64,000 nucleotides of DNA. It comes from Gemmatimonadota bacterium. Its GTDB lineage: Bacteria > GCA-2686955. Position numbers and translations under genes: made by a program. Below the pieces are notes generated by a model that made no database searches, had not been told where the DNA came from, and worked only from the letters and a program-made list of their open reading frames with translations. The first letter of the stretch is position 1; each line of letters opens with the position of its first letter. Where the stretch lies: NCBI GenBank assembly GCA_002686955.1, contig NYZA01000108.1, positions 1,312 through 65,311 on the forward strand, read 5' to 3'. Shown here one piece after another: positions 53,798 through 64,000 of the stretch.

Positions 53798-55837
53798 TCA
53801 CTCCAAGATCCCCTCTAGCTGCAGCAGAAAGGCGTACTCCAGGGCTACGTCTTTGTACACCTCGAATCGACCTGATGCACCGCTGTGCCCCGCCTCCATC
53901 TGGGTATGGAGCAGCACGGGACGATCGTCCGTCTTCAGATCCCTTAGTTTTGCAACCCATTTCGCGGGCTCCCAGTACTGCACTTGTGAATCGTGCAGAC
54001 CGGTCGTGACCAGCATCGGCGGGTAGTCTTTCTGCTCGACATTGTCGTACGGCGAGTAGGAGAGAATGTAGTCATAGTAAAGTTTGTCGTTGGGGTTGCC
54101 CCATTCGTCGTACTCTCCCGTGGTCAAGGGGATCGATTCGTCCAACATGGTAGTGACGACGTCCACGAAGGGAACGTGGGCGCAGATGCCGGCGAAAAGA
54201 TCGGGGCGCATATTGACCACGGCGCCCATCAAAAGTCCGCCCGCGCTACCGCCAGTCGCGTACACCTTAGTCTTGGCGGCATACCCCTCCTCGATCAGCT
54301 TCTCCGCGCAGGCGATGAAATCGGCAAAAGTGTTCTTTTTCCGGAGCAGTTTGCCATCTTCGTACCATTGCCTGCCCATCTCTTCCCCTCCGCGGATGTG
54401 CGCGAGAGCGCAGACGAATCCCCGATCGAGCAAGCTGAGGCGCGCCGAACCAAACTCGGGATCGGTGCTGAGTCCATAGGAGCCGTAGCCTCGCAAGACC
54501 AAAGGTCGGCCGCTTTTCGGTTCCCCGTCCTTTGCATACACGAGCGAGATCGGTATCTCAGTGCCATCCGGTGCTTTGGCGGTGATGCGGGCGGATTCGT
54601 AATCCTCGGGATTGTAGCCGCCCAAGACCTCTTCTTGTTTCTTGAGCTCTCTTTCCTTGGTCTTCATATTGTAGTCGAAGGTCGACCATGGGGTGACCAT
54701 TGAAGTGTATGCGAATCGTAGAAGGTCGGTGTCGAACTCCTTGTTGACCGTCGCATGAGCCGAAAAGGCCGGCTCCGGGAAAGCTATGTCATGTTCCTCG
54801 GAGCCATCGTGACTTCGCACTCGCAGGTGCGTGAGTCCGCCCTTGCGTTCGCTGATCACCAGGTAGTCGCAAAATACGTCAATTCCTTCGATCAATACGT
54901 CGGTGCGATGGGGCAAAACCTCTTCCCAGTGATCGACGCCCGGATTGGCGACCGGAGCCCGCATTAGTCTGAAGTTTTTCGCATCCAAATTGGTTCGAAT
55001 ATAGAAATGTTCATCGAAATGCGATGCCTCGTATTCCAGCTCACGCTGCCTAGGTTGGATGATCGCGAAAGAGCCATCAGGATCGTCGGCCCGCAAAAAC
55101 CGTACCTCACTCGTCAGTGTGCTTTCGCTCGCGATCATGATGTAGTCGAGAGATTTAGACTTGTAGGCCCAACACATGAAAGCTGTGTCGGCCTCTCGAA
55201 ATACTTCGACATCGCCGGCGGGATCCGTGCCCATGACGTGCTTCTTCACAAGATAGGGACGGAGTGTTTCCGGATCCTTCTCGGTATAGAAGAAAGTGTT
55301 GCTATCGTTTGCCCATGCCACCATCCCGACCGTGTTCGGAATTCGATCCTCGATAATCTGACCCGTCTTCAAGTCCTTGATCTGAATCGTGTGCTGGCGC
55401 CTACCAACCGAATCCACACCGAAGGCGAGAAGACGATCATCCGGACTCACCTGGAGACCGAAGACCGCGCAATAGTCGAGTCCTTCGGCGAGCTCGTTCA
55501 CGTCGAGCAGAATCTGCTCCTCGGCATCCAGCGAGCCCCGCTTCCTGCAATGGATTCTGTACTCTTGCTTGCCTTCGGTGCGCGTATAGTAATAGTGATC
55601 GCGAAAGCGATGGGGAACAGAACGATCGGTCTTCTTGATTCGCGCGACGATTTCGTCGAAAAGCGCACCCTTGAGCTCCCGCACCGGTTCCATGACCTCG
55701 TCGGTGTAGCGATTCTCCGCTTCCAGATGAGCGGTAACCTCTGGGTTCTCACGGTCTCTCAGCCAATGATAGGGATCGACTCTGGTATGTCCATGAAGCG
55801 TGAGTTCGTGGGGGATCTTCTTTGCGTAGGGATGCAT
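53798..55837 (-). CDS. ptrB: oligopeptidase B (S9A prolyl oligopeptidase family)
   Basis: N-terminus IPHELTLHGHTRVDPYHWLRDRENPEV resembles protease II. Catalytic Ser motif GGSAGGLLMG. C-terminal GHSG. Confidence 0.8.
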   Translation of the reverse strand: MHPYAKKIPHELTLHGHTRVDPYHWLRDRENPEVTAHLEAENRYTDEVMEPVRELKGALFDEIVARIKKTDRSVPHRFRDHYYYTRTEGKQEYRIHCRKRGSLDAEEQILLDVNELAEGLDYCAVFGLQVSPDDRLLAFGVDSVGRRQHTIQIKDLKTGQIIEDRIPNTVGMVAWANDSNTFFYTEKDPETLRPYLVKKHVMGTDPAGDVEVFREADTAFMCWAYKSKSLDYIMIASESTLTSEVRFLRADDPDGSFAIIQPRQRELEYEASHFDEHFYIRTNLDAKNFRLMRAPVANPGVDHWEEVLPHRTDVLIEGIDVFCDYLVISERKGGLTHLRVRSHDGSEEHDIAFPEPAFSAHATVNKEFDTDLLRFAYTSMVTPWSTFDYNMKTKERELKKQEEVLGGYNPEDYESARITAKAPDGTEIPISLVYAKDGEPKSGRPLVLRGYGSYGLSTDPEFGSARLSLLDRGFVCALAHIRGGEEMGRQWYEDGKLLRKKNTFADFIACAEKLIEEGYAAKTKVYATGGSAGGLLMGAVVNMRPDLFAGICAHVPFVDVVTTMLDESIPLTTGEYDEWGNPNDKLYYDYILSYSPYDNVEQKDYPPMLVTTGLHDSQVQYWEPAKWVAKLRDLKTDDRPVLLHTQMEAGHSGASGRFEVYKDVALEYAFLLQLEGILE

Positions 55838-56055
55838 GGGCGGGGTGTCCGTAATTGTCCGGGGCGGGGGCGGAATCGACGGAGGAGATGCGAGGCGCGA
55901 TTAGAAGGGCTGGGACCCTGATTCTCATGGTCGTCGAGAACACCGGGTTTCTTGGGGGGAAAGCGTGATGTTGCGCCCGGGCGTTGTCAACCCCTGCATC
56001 GATCCATGGTTCCGGTGTGATAGCGTGTGACTTTCGGATCGTTATCCTTCGCAGC

Positions 56056-58137
56056 ATGAGCACCCAAGACAGCGTCCCGGCGACTCCCCCTTCATCCTTC
56101 GCACCAGCCGCCTGGTGGTCAGCGGTGGTTCGATGGGCGGGTGCCGCGGAGCACGCTTCGATGATGCTCCTGGCCCTCGCTATCGGCACGTTCGGAGGGC
56201 TGGGCGCCGTGGGTTTTCGGTCCCTTATCGAATGGGTGCAGCGCGTGAGCTGGGGCCCTGGCGGTTACAGCCTCGCCCTCGTCGCCGAGAAGCCTTGGTG
56301 GTGGATCCTCGCCCTGCCCGCATTCGGCGGTCTGCTGGTGGGTCTGGTGGTCTACTACGGCGCGAGAGAGGCGAAAGGCCACGGCGTCCCCGAAGTCATG
56401 GAGGCGGTCGCGATGCGCTCGGGCGTGATCCGTCCCCGCCTCGTCGTCGTGAAGAGCTTGGCTTCGGCGATTTCGATCGGCACCGGAGGCTCGGTCGGAC
56501 GCGAGGGACCGATCGTACAGATCGGGTCGGCGCTCGGATCGACGCTGGGACAGTGGTTCAAATTCAGGGGTGCGCGGCTCAAGACCCTCGTCGGATGTGG
56601 CGCCGCCGCGGGAATCGCCGCGACCTTCAACGCGCCGGTCGCCGGTGCCCTCTTCGCTGTCGAAGTGATACTCGGTGACTTCGGTGTTTCTCAATTCAGC
56701 CCGATCGTTATCTCGTCGGTGGTCGCCACCGTGATCTCGCGCCATTTTTTGGGGGATTTCCCAGCGTTCATCGTTCCTCAGTACGAGATGGTGAGCGCCT
56801 GGGAGCTCCTCTTCTACGGCACGCTCGGTCTTGCGGCCGGGATCGTTGGCCACGCCTTCGTCAAGGCCCTGTACGGTCTCGAGGACGCGTTCGACGCGAT
56901 TCCGATTCGACGCACTTGGATCCTGACGCCCGCCGGCGGCATGCTTATCGGCGCGATGGCGCTGCTCTTCCCCCAGGTGCTGGGCGTTGGGTACGAGGCG
57001 ATCGATCAGGCATTGCGTGGGGAGATGGCCCTTCAGTTTCTGCTGATTCTGATCTTCATCAAAATCCTGGCCACCGGCATCACAATCGGATCGGGAGGAT
57101 CGGGAGGGATCTTCGCACCATCGCTCTTTCTCGGGTCGATGACCGGCGGCGTCGTCGGAATCACCGCCCACCGTTTCTTCCCCGAGCTCACCGGCGCGTC
57201 AGGAGCCTACGCCCTGGTCGGCATGGGCGCGCTGGTCGCCGCGACGACCCGTGCCCCGATCACCGCCATTCTCATCATTTTCGAGCTCACCAGCGACTAC
57301 AAGCTGATCGTACCACTCATGGAGAGCTGCATCATCGCGACGATTCTGGCCAGCGGACTCAACCGCGAGTCGATCTATACGATGAAACTGGTTCGCAGAG
57401 GCATCGAACTATTTCGCGGTCATGAGAGGAGCGTCCTGCGATCGATGCAGGTGGGCGAGGTGCTCGACCCCGATGTCGTTACAGTTCCCGACGAAGAGCC
57501 GTTGGGCAGGCTTCTGGAGCGGGTGGCCGATACACCACGCGGCTTCTACTATGTCGTCGGTGAAGAAGGAGCGCTCCACGGCATAATTTCGCTGGCCGAT
57601 CTGAGGCGTTCGCTGACCTCCGTCGAAGCGCTTTCGGATCTCATCGTCGCGGGCGACCTAGTGCATGACGAGGTGCCGGCGTTGACGCCGGAACAGGACT
57701 TGGACTGCGTGATGAAGCTCTTCGGAGGCCAGCAATGGGAGGAGCTTCCAGTGATCGAATCGGTGGATACACACCGCCTGATCGGGGGGCTCAGCCGTCG
57801 CCAACTCATGGACGCCTACAATCAAGAGCTGATGCGCAGAGACATGGCTACCGGCCTGGGTGGAGGAGTCGCCGCGACCGAGACCGGCGATGTTGTGCTC
57901 GGGGGAGGGTATCGCATGCTTGAAGTCGATCTGCCCGGAGGCTTCGAAGGGAAGAGCTTGCGCGAAATCGATCTGCGGGCGGAGTTTTCAGTCCATGTGT
58001 TGCTACTTCGTAGACTGGACGACGAGGGCCGCACTGTCGACACCGTGCCCGCACCCGATTCGGAGCTGCGGGAGGGTGATCGCCTTGTGATCATGGGAAT
58101 GGAAAAGGACTTGGCGTCACTTCGCCGTTTGGGGTGA
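56056..58137 (+). CDS. ClC-family chloride channel/antiporter with C-terminal CBS pair and TrkA-C (RCK_C) domain
   Basis: Selectivity motifs GSVGREGP, GAAAGIAATFNAP and GSGGIFAPSL. CBS-like region 57.4-57.8 kb. C-terminal ...REGDRLVIMG is TrkA-C-like. Confidence 0.85.
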   Translation: MSTQDSVPATPPSSFAPAAWWSAVVRWAGAAEHASMMLLALAIGTFGGLGAVGFRSLIEWVQRVSWGPGGYSLALVAEKPWWWILALPAFGGLLVGLVVYYGAREAKGHGVPEVMEAVAMRSGVIRPRLVVVKSLASAISIGTGGSVGREGPIVQIGSALGSTLGQWFKFRGARLKTLVGCGAAAGIAATFNAPVAGALFAVEVILGDFGVSQFSPIVISSVVATVISRHFLGDFPAFIVPQYEMVSAWELLFYGTLGLAAGIVGHAFVKALYGLEDAFDAIPIRRTWILTPAGGMLIGAMALLFPQVLGVGYEAIDQALRGEMALQFLLILIFIKILATGITIGSGGSGGIFAPSLFLGSMTGGVVGITAHRFFPELTGASGAYALVGMGALVAATTRAPITAILIIFELTSDYKLIVPLMESCIIATILASGLNRESIYTMKLVRRGIELFRGHERSVLRSMQVGEVLDPDVVTVPDEEPLGRLLERVADTPRGFYYVVGEEGALHGIISLADLRRSLTSVEALSDLIVAGDLVHDEVPALTPEQDLDCVMKLFGGQQWEELPVIESVDTHRLIGGLSRRQLMDAYNQELMRRDMATGLGGGVAATETGDVVLGGGYRMLEVDLPGGFEGKSLREIDLRAEFSVHVLLLRRLDDEGRTVDTVPAPDSELREGDRLVIMGMEKDLASLRRLG

Positions 58138-58150
58138 CAGGACGATCTTT

Positions 58151-59701
58151 TCAGGCGGGCGAATCGACGATCGCACGCCCAACGTGCAGTCCGAGAGCGT
58201 AGATCGAGAGCTGGGGCGGAACACCGATCGAGCTGGGAAAGAGTGAGCCGTCAGCAACCCATAGTCGATCCAAATGGTGATGCTTTCCCCGACTGTCGAT
58301 CGCCGCGCTCGCTGGATCGTCTCCCATAGGCACCGACCCCATGGGATGGACCGCGGCGAGACGCAGACCGCTTCGGTCGAGCTCCAATGCTTCGAGGGCG
58401 GGCGGCGAATCGTTCGGCTCCAGAACGAGTGGGGGGTCGGTGGGGACGAAGACTCTGATCGCTCCGGAGGCGCGAAGAAGGCGTATACAGGCGAGCAAAC
58501 CGAGCACGAGTTCTTTGCGATCCGTCGAGTCGGCATGGTAATCGATCCGCAGCCCCAGGTCGCCCCGAGGCCGCACCCGCCCCGTCGAGTGATCGTGGAT
58601 CATCGCGGTCAGTACCGCCAGATTGTCGTAACGCTTCATGATGCGACGATGTTCCGCACCGTGCCCGGGGATCATGGTGGCGGTCGCCATCGGGTGGGCG
58701 AAAGCGGGTACGATCCATGTGCGAGTGCCGGGTGGCGCATCGCCGCCCCCGGTTCGGTGAGCGGCTTCGAAGTCGAGTAGCTCCGTACACTCGTAGCTCT
58801 GCGGTACGCCGCGCCATGCGCGCACGGTTTCGGAAAACTCGCCCGCCACTACAAGTGCTGGATGGATTCGCAACGATTCTCCGGTTGTGCCCGACCGATC
58901 AGGCACTTCGGAACGCCAGAGCAAAGCGGCCGTACCAGTGGCGGACGCACTCACGCAGACGGCGCCCGCCTCAATGCGCAACGGGCCAAGCACATCACCG
59001 GATACCGGATGAACCGCAACGGCCTCGACGCCTTTTGCTCGGCCATCTCGATGCTCGATTCGAATTGCCTGACAGTGCGTTAGAACAGTCAGCCCAGCAT
59101 CGATCGCGTCCGGCAGGAGAATCTTCGGCACGTTGTTCTTCGCATCGTAGGCACAGCCGAGCTCGCAGTATCCGCTCCCGTTGCACCCGCTTCGATTGTG
59201 ACGCAGCCATCCTCCCGACCACCCAAGCTCCCGGCAGCCCGCCTCCAGGAGGCTGTTGTGGACGTTTCTCCACTCGGGCGGAATGAGCTCGACCCGCAGA
59301 CGTTTCTCGACATTCGCATACAGGCTCTCCCAGCGATCCGGGCCCAGGTATCGCATCCCACGTTCGCGCCGCCATTCCTCCAGAATCGGCGTCGGAATCC
59401 GCTTGCACAGATTGAAATTATGTAGCGTCGAGCCCCCGACACCGCGCCCTTGGTGGATTTGTACCGATCGGTCCCGGTTGGTTCGGGCACCAGCGTCCCA
59501 GAGAAGGCGAGGAATCATCCGCTCCTCGCGTTGCGTCATCTGTTCCGGCGGGATGAAGCTCCCGGACTCGAGAAGGATAACGTCGAGTCCGGCTTGAACG
59601 GCGATGGCCGCCACCATCCCGCCCCCGGCGCCCGATCCGATGACGCATAGATCCGCGCTAAGCGCGAGCGGTAACTTCAAGCCGGCCGCGTCATGGATCA
59701 T
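58151..59701 (-). CDS. GMC-family FAD-dependent oxidoreductase
   Basis: DLCVIGSGAGGGMVA FAD motif. C-terminal GMC block ...HPMGSVPMG...LWVADGSLFPSS. Confidence 0.85.
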   Translation of the reverse strand: MIHDAAGLKLPLALSADLCVIGSGAGGGMVAAIAVQAGLDVILLESGSFIPPEQMTQREERMIPRLLWDAGARTNRDRSVQIHQGRGVGGSTLHNFNLCKRIPTPILEEWRRERGMRYLGPDRWESLYANVEKRLRVELIPPEWRNVHNSLLEAGCRELGWSGGWLRHNRSGCNGSGYCELGCAYDAKNNVPKILLPDAIDAGLTVLTHCQAIRIEHRDGRAKGVEAVAVHPVSGDVLGPLRIEAGAVCVSASATGTAALLWRSEVPDRSGTTGESLRIHPALVVAGEFSETVRAWRGVPQSYECTELLDFEAAHRTGGGDAPPGTRTWIVPAFAHPMATATMIPGHGAEHRRIMKRYDNLAVLTAMIHDHSTGRVRPRGDLGLRIDYHADSTDRKELVLGLLACIRLLRASGAIRVFVPTDPPLVLEPNDSPPALEALELDRSGLRLAAVHPMGSVPMGDDPASAAIDSRGKHHHLDRLWVADGSLFPSSIGVPPQLSIYALGLHVGRAIVDSPA

Positions 59702-60330
59702 CGCGTCGCCCTCGGCGGATCATCTCCCTCCGGCGCCACCAGTCGGTCGTAGTGGCTCGGAGGCTGTGCCCAGCCATAAGTCCCCGGCTGCGCGTCGGCC
59801 GGAGGCTCGATCAGCGGCCCGTGATAGCCGATCGCTTCCCAGGCGCCTCGCTCCTGATAGCAGCCGATCATGCAGAGATCTCGGATTCCAAGATAGAGAA
59901 GTCGCCATCCTCGCCCTCCGGATCGCAGACGCTCAAGATGTTCCGACCTCGCGGGCGGGGATAGCCGGGTGAATCGGCGCGCTCTTAGATGAAGAAGGGT
60001 GCCCTGCTCGAGCAGAACCATCAGCCCGTGAATCTCGCGGACCAAGTGAGGAGGCAGCCAGAGCAGATAGCGATCGACATTTCGCGCGATCTTCTCCGGC
60101 GAGGGACCCACCGGTGCAGCTCCCGTGCCCCTCTCGTCCAACAGCACTTCCGCCGCCGCGGCCACGACCTCTGCTTCCCAGCCCCGCAGAACGCTTCCCT
60201 TCCAGCGCATGAAGCGTCGATAGCCGACCATGCGAACCCCGAGGCCGAGCGCGATCCCCGCCACCCCCAAAGCGGCCAGGAAGCGCCGGCGGGACGGCTT
60301 CGAAGGGGGACTTGGAAGACCGTGATTCAT
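59698..60330 (-). CDS. Tat-signal small subunit (gluconate 2-dehydrogenase subunit 3-like) partnered with the GMC oxidoreductase
   Basis: Twin-arginine signal SRRRFLAALGVAG. 4-nt overlap with the GMC gene. Typical two-gene arrangement. Confidence 0.6.
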   Translation of the reverse strand: MNHGLPSPPSKPSRRRFLAALGVAGIALGLGVRMVGYRRFMRWKGSVLRGWEAEVVAAAAEVLLDERGTGAAPVGPSPEKIARNVDRYLLWLPPHLVREIHGLMVLLEQGTLLHLRARRFTRLSPPARSEHLERLRSGGRGWRLLYLGIRDLCMIGCYQERGAWEAIGYHGPLIEPPADAQPGTYGWAQPPSHYDRLVAPEGDDPPRATR

Positions 60331-60497
60331 GGGTAGCTCCGTGTCTGCCCGAGGGTATCCCGAATCACGCCTTCCGCGTAACGAAGAACCAGGTGGCACC
60401 ATTTCGCTTGTACCAGCGTGGCGATCGTGCCGCTCTCTTTCCACCAAATGCTCGATCCGAATTGGATTCGCCCAGTTCGTCCGCGAGGAGCCTAGCC

Positions 60498-62170
60498 ATG
60501 GTCCCTATCGCACTTTCAATCCCGTCACTTCCGCCGCCGTGTGCCGTTGCGATTGCCATCGCCTGTGTTGCAGCCACAAACGGTTTCGCCAATCCTATGC
60601 CTTCATCGCCGGAACGAGCCAGACTCGACTTCGACAACGACTTCATGATCGGCCCGGTTCCGGGGCTGACCACCGGCTGGCATATCGCTCCGGCGGAGAC
60701 GGCCATCTTCGCCGATATCACGGTTAAGTTCTGGGCTCGAGCTGATCTCGCGGCTTCCGTCCTCTGGTCAGGGGCCACCGAAGTGCAGCGTGATGAAAAC
60801 GGCTCCACGGCCGAGTGCCGCCTGAGCTCGCTGGATCGGGTCGCGATCAACTGCGAAGTCCGTCAGGGTGACGAGTTCGTGGAGCATCGATCGATTCTCG
60901 ATGTCAGCGACGTCCCGATCGACCAGATCGCCGTCACTCCGATCGTGGCCCGCGTGTTTCCATTCGATGTTCGAGACTACACGGAAGAAGAGCTCGAGGA
61001 TCTCCCGAAGAGCTGCTCAAGGGGCAGACAGCCCAGGCGTACTGGACCGGCTCGATCGCCGGGCTGTATGAAGTCGCTCCTGACCGTTATGTGACCTCGA
61101 TCGAACGGAAGCTGGAGCTGACGGCCGCTTCCGTCGCCCCTGAGTTCGCCCCGCTCCTGGAGTGGCGCATCGACGGCAAAGCGCGAAGCGTGGGCGAGAT
61201 ACTCCTTCACGCCTTTGAGGACAGATCCTGGCATACAGTGTCGGTTGGACCGCCTGCCTACGCTCAAGAGATCGACATCGGCGCATACGAAGTTATTGTC
61301 ACCGGGCATACACCGGAGGGCAAGATCGTGGACGGTGTGCCGGTGACCTTCACCGCGGAAGTGCTGCCGGCCGGATTGGGACTGGAAGACGACATTTTGT
61401 GGATCTCGTACACCAAATTCGGCAGCGCCCGGCCAATCCTAGGGCGTGGCTCGGAATTTACCGTGCGCTTCGATGATTCGATCGTTTACTCCCCGTACAA
61501 TGACAAACCCTATCAGAAGCTGGGCGTGCGAGCGGACAATGGCGTTACCTACCAGGGCAGCTGTCCTGGTGATTGTGTTCCTAGGAAGATCCCGGGTGAT
61601 CCGGTGGCCAGCGGTGAGGATAGAACGAGATCGAACCCCTACACGGTGACGGGCAGCTCGTGTCAGGAAGTCAGCGACGCCGTATTCGATGGTCGGGAGT
61701 ATCCGGGCACGACGACGGGAGAATTGGACTTCGACTCGCACATCGTCACCGCACCTGACCAAGGATCTGATGGAGAGTACTGCTGCCGGGCCAAATTGAT
61801 GACCGTCGAGGCGATCATGGACATTGTCGTGAGCATGCCCCTCGTGGGATCCGCCCCTCGGTACACCTCAGGAAGACATCGATGCGTGGGATCTCTTCAT
61901 TGCCAATCTGGATACGCATGAGCAGGGACACGTCGATATCTTCGAGGCCGAATTCGATGCTTTCAAGCAAGCGCTGCTCGCCGCCGGAGGAGAGCAGTTT
62001 GGATCTGGAGACACGGCGGAGGAAGCCTGCGACAAGGCTGCTGCCAAGATCGAGCAGGCCCTCACCGATGCCGTCGCGGCGGATTCGGTACGGATTGGAG
62101 ATCTGCAAGATGCCTACGACGATTCAACCAATCACGGCGAGACCCAGGGGGCCGTCCTGACTTGCCCCTA
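60498..62170 (+). pseudogene. secreted protein ending in a DUF922-like HExxH metallopeptidase domain, interrupted by two single-nucleotide frameshifts
   Basis: Coding signal switches frame at ~61005 (run CTCCCG) and back at ~61838 (run GCCCCT). The joined reading gives ...IVVSMPSWDPPLGTPQEDIDAWDLFIANLDTHEQGHVDIFEA.... The stop TAA at 62168-62170 is the first triplet of the IS terminal repeat. GAGGAG lies 8 nt before ATG 60498. Confidence 0.5.
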
Positions 62171-64000
62171 AGGGTCCACGCAAGAATAACTTCAGACCTC
62201 CTGATCTCGGGGATTATCTCTCGACCCCAGTTCATAGATCAGGCGCAGATTTGTCTCTGGAAAGATGGTCTCGGTGGCGGTCAATTCTCGACAGATGTGG
62301 CGGATTGCGTCATCGGAGCTGCGGTTGGCGAGGTGATGCAGTCGCACGGTAAGAGTGCCGGCGTCATGATCTGGCGTGAGATCCGCCTCGTTGGTGTAGA
62401 GCGCCCGGAGCAGGGAGCGGGCGTCGTCATTGCGACTCATGACCTCGCGTAGCACATAGGTCATGGCAGTCTCGGCGCGATAAGCGGCCATCTTGATCGT
62501 GTCGACGAAGTGTTTGCTGCTCGAGTGCAGCTGCTTGAAGCGCTGCTCGGCGGGTAGGTCCTTGACTTGGAGATGTCGAGGAGTCGCTTTGCGTTGGGGC
62601 TTGAGTTCATCGATGTTGGCTGTGAGCTCTTCGATCTCCATTAGCAGTGCGGCTTTCTTCTTCTCCCAGCGTCGGACCGCCTTGGTTTCGATCGGTTCGT
62701 TGAGGCTCAGCGCTGCGAACCTCGCCCGGCGGCGCACAAGCTTGGCGTTATCGCGGCGGATGGCGGAATCGAGCGCCCGATGGGCGGGGTTGACCACCTG
62801 TGTGGTGTCAGGAAGGTCTTCAATGGCATGGGTGATAAGACTATCAAGGCCATAGTGTTGAAGCATGTAGCGGAAGAAGTTTTCCTGGCTCCAGCGGCCG
62901 AACATCGCCGCCGCCAGGGTGCTCCGATCACTGATGTAGTCGGTGGCGATGATGGGTGTCTGATGACCACTCTCTGTTCGCTTGCGGATCTCTCTCACCC
63001 ATACATCTCCCTGCGGGAGGTATACGCCGCGCTCCGCCAGAGACATCTCCACCCTCTCCCCGTTGTTGAGCGTGACGGACTCGACGCCGAACTCCTCCAT
63101 CGGCCAATCAGGTCCCGCTGATTTGCGGTAGGTCACGCAGGCTATGCGTCGCCTTTTCATGGTGGCGAACAGAACCGGACTGTAGCCTTCTCGATCGAAC
63201 ACCAACGTGAGGCGATGCAGGAGAGGATTGCCCTGGAGAGCCTCATTGTTGACCAGCCCAGGGGAGTCTCTTTCGATCCGTGGCACGATGTCGTCGATGA
63301 GTACCTTGACCAGCCCGGGGTCGACCGGTTTGGACACGACAAAGAACGGTTGTGCGTCCAGGGCATTGACCCAGTAGTCCGTGGTCCCACGCAGGCACAG
63401 ACGTTGGCGACTCACATAGCGCTTGGGCAACGACGTCTGGGACCCATGATAAACCCGTACGTGCCCATCGACATAGAGCAGCCCCGCGGCTTCAGGATCA
63501 TCGTGCATCCATTCTCGACACAGTGCGGCGCTCCACTTCTCTGGGCAACTAGTTTCGACCAGTAGGCGGAGCTTGTTGCGAAGTGTACGCACCTCGGGCA
63601 CACGATCGAGCCCGAGCAACTTGCCCCATTCCCCAGGCGAACAGTAGCGCAAGCACTCTAGAGCCTTCACTCTCGCCAACGCCAGGAACGCCAGGAGCAG
63701 TATTATGCTGCTCAAGCCATAGTAGCCCCTAGGAAGCTCGAAATGCTCCGCGCCAACGCGCAGCAGTCCAGTACTGACAAGAGATGGCAATGCCAATAAC
63801 ACACCGGCATTCGGCACATCCGACACCGCGATGAAGTTCGGCTCGACCGGCCCGGAGAGTCCGATGCTGGCCAGCACGCGGCCCGCTGTATCGGTAGCAC
63901 CCATCCCCAAAGGAGCGGCGGCGTCCTGAGCGCTACGCTTGCTCTTCGTATCTACCGGGTCTCCCTGTCCGGATGCCTCCTCGATGCAGTTTTTCTTCTC
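62168..64000 (-). mobile_element. IS element (partial, continues past the window end); probable parent family of the MITEs at 13421 and 6133
   Basis: Terminal repeat CTAAGGGTCCACGCAAGAATAACTTC at 62168-62193 overlaps the transposase stop. The same repeat bounds the 188-bp MITE. Confidence 0.7.
62192..64000 (-). CDS. putative DDE-type transposase (5' end outside the window)
   Basis: Frame stays open to the window edge beyond the M at 63910. Candidate DDE triad contexts are LLYVDGHVRVYHG, IIATDYISD and RWSQENFFRYM. Coiled-coil C-terminal third. Family not assigned. Confidence 0.55.
   Translation of the reverse strand, partial: EKKNCIEEASGQGDPVDTKSKRSAQDAAAPLGMGATDTAGRVLASIGLSGPVEPNFIAVSDVPNAGVLLALPSLVSTGLLRVGAEHFELPRGYYGLSSIILLLAFLALARVKALECLRYCSPGEWGKLLGLDRVPEVRTLRNKLRLLVETSCPEKWSAALCREWMHDDPEAAGLLYVDGHVRVYHGSQTSLPKRYVSRQRLCLRGTTDYWVNALDAQPFFVVSKPVDPGLVKVLIDDIVPRIERDSPGLVNNEALQGNPLLHRLTLVFDREGYSPVLFATMKRRRIACVTYRKSAGPDWPMEEFGVESVTLNNGERVEMSLAERGVYLPQGDVWVREIRKRTESGHQTPIIATDYISDRSTLAAAMFGRWSQENFFRYMLQHYGLDSLITHAIEDLPDTTQVVNPAHRALDSAIRRDNAKLVRRRARFAALSLNEPIETKAVRRWEKKKAALLMEIEELTANIDELKPQRKATPRHLQVKDLPAEQRFKQLHSSSKHFVDTIKMAAYRAETAMTYVLREVMSRNDDARSLLRALYTNEADLTPDHDAGTLTVRLHHLANRSSDDAIRHICRELTATETIFPETNLRLIYELGSRDNPRDQEV

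Noticed and set aside
1-64000. Scan of the intergenic gaps for tRNA, rRNA, riboswitch-like leaders and rho-independent terminators
   Set aside because: I recognised no cloverleaf-like or rRNA-like sequence, and no convincing GC-hairpin plus U-tract terminators, by eye. Dedicated tools (tRNAscan-SE, Infernal/Rfam, TransTermHP) would be needed to exclude them.

Overview
High-GC (about two-thirds G+C by eye, not computed) bacterial chromosomal segment. LpxB/LpxK and many beta-barrel proteins indicate a diderm. The frequent T9SS/FlgD-Ig-type C-terminal sorting domains suggest an FCB-superphylum-like or Gemmatimonadota-like lineage; this is inference only. I saw no rRNA, tRNA or CRISPR array.

Gene content, left to right:
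(1) 1-13.6 kb: an accessory cluster. It holds three paralogous membrane-anchored SGNH-hydrolase/TPR proteins, NifS-like cysteine desulfurase + TusA, a B12-binding radical SAM enzyme, an NAD-epimerase, a radical SAM/SPASM enzyme and an ASPIC/UnbV FG-GAP protein.
(2) 13.6-16.0 kb: a gene that the ORF track splits in two. It reads as one secreted selenoprotein, with an in-frame UGA at the CxxC position of a TlpA-like thioredoxin fold and a SECIS-like hairpin 9 nt downstream.
(3) 16-23 kb: housekeeping genes (GH5, rlmH, nadB, lpxK, lpxB).
(4) 23-24.3 kb: a small sulfur/thiol-redox group.
(5) 24.6-42.2 kb: the most striking feature. It is an 11-gene, tightly overlapping minus-strand operon plus one convergent gene. 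It encodes lamin-tail-domain (LTD) proteins, ComEA-type helix-hairpin-helix modules fused to outer-membrane beta-barrels, two ComEC-type metallo-beta-lactamase lipoproteins, DUF3006, a secreted endonuclease I, an ExeM/NucH-like OB-module protein and FadL/PorV-like barrels. I interpret it as a cell-surface extracellular-DNA capture/processing system.
(6) 42.2-46.3 kb: a decayed zone with repeats, MITEs, an IS3 orfA remnant and a DUF4143 ATPase remnant.
(7) 46-60 kb: assorted metabolic and regulatory genes.
(8) 60.5-64 kb: a frameshifted DUF922-like gene abutted by an IS element that runs off the window. Its terminal inverted repeat is shared by MITE copies elsewhere in the window.

Many long ORFs in the track are antisense shadows typical of high-GC DNA and were rejected.
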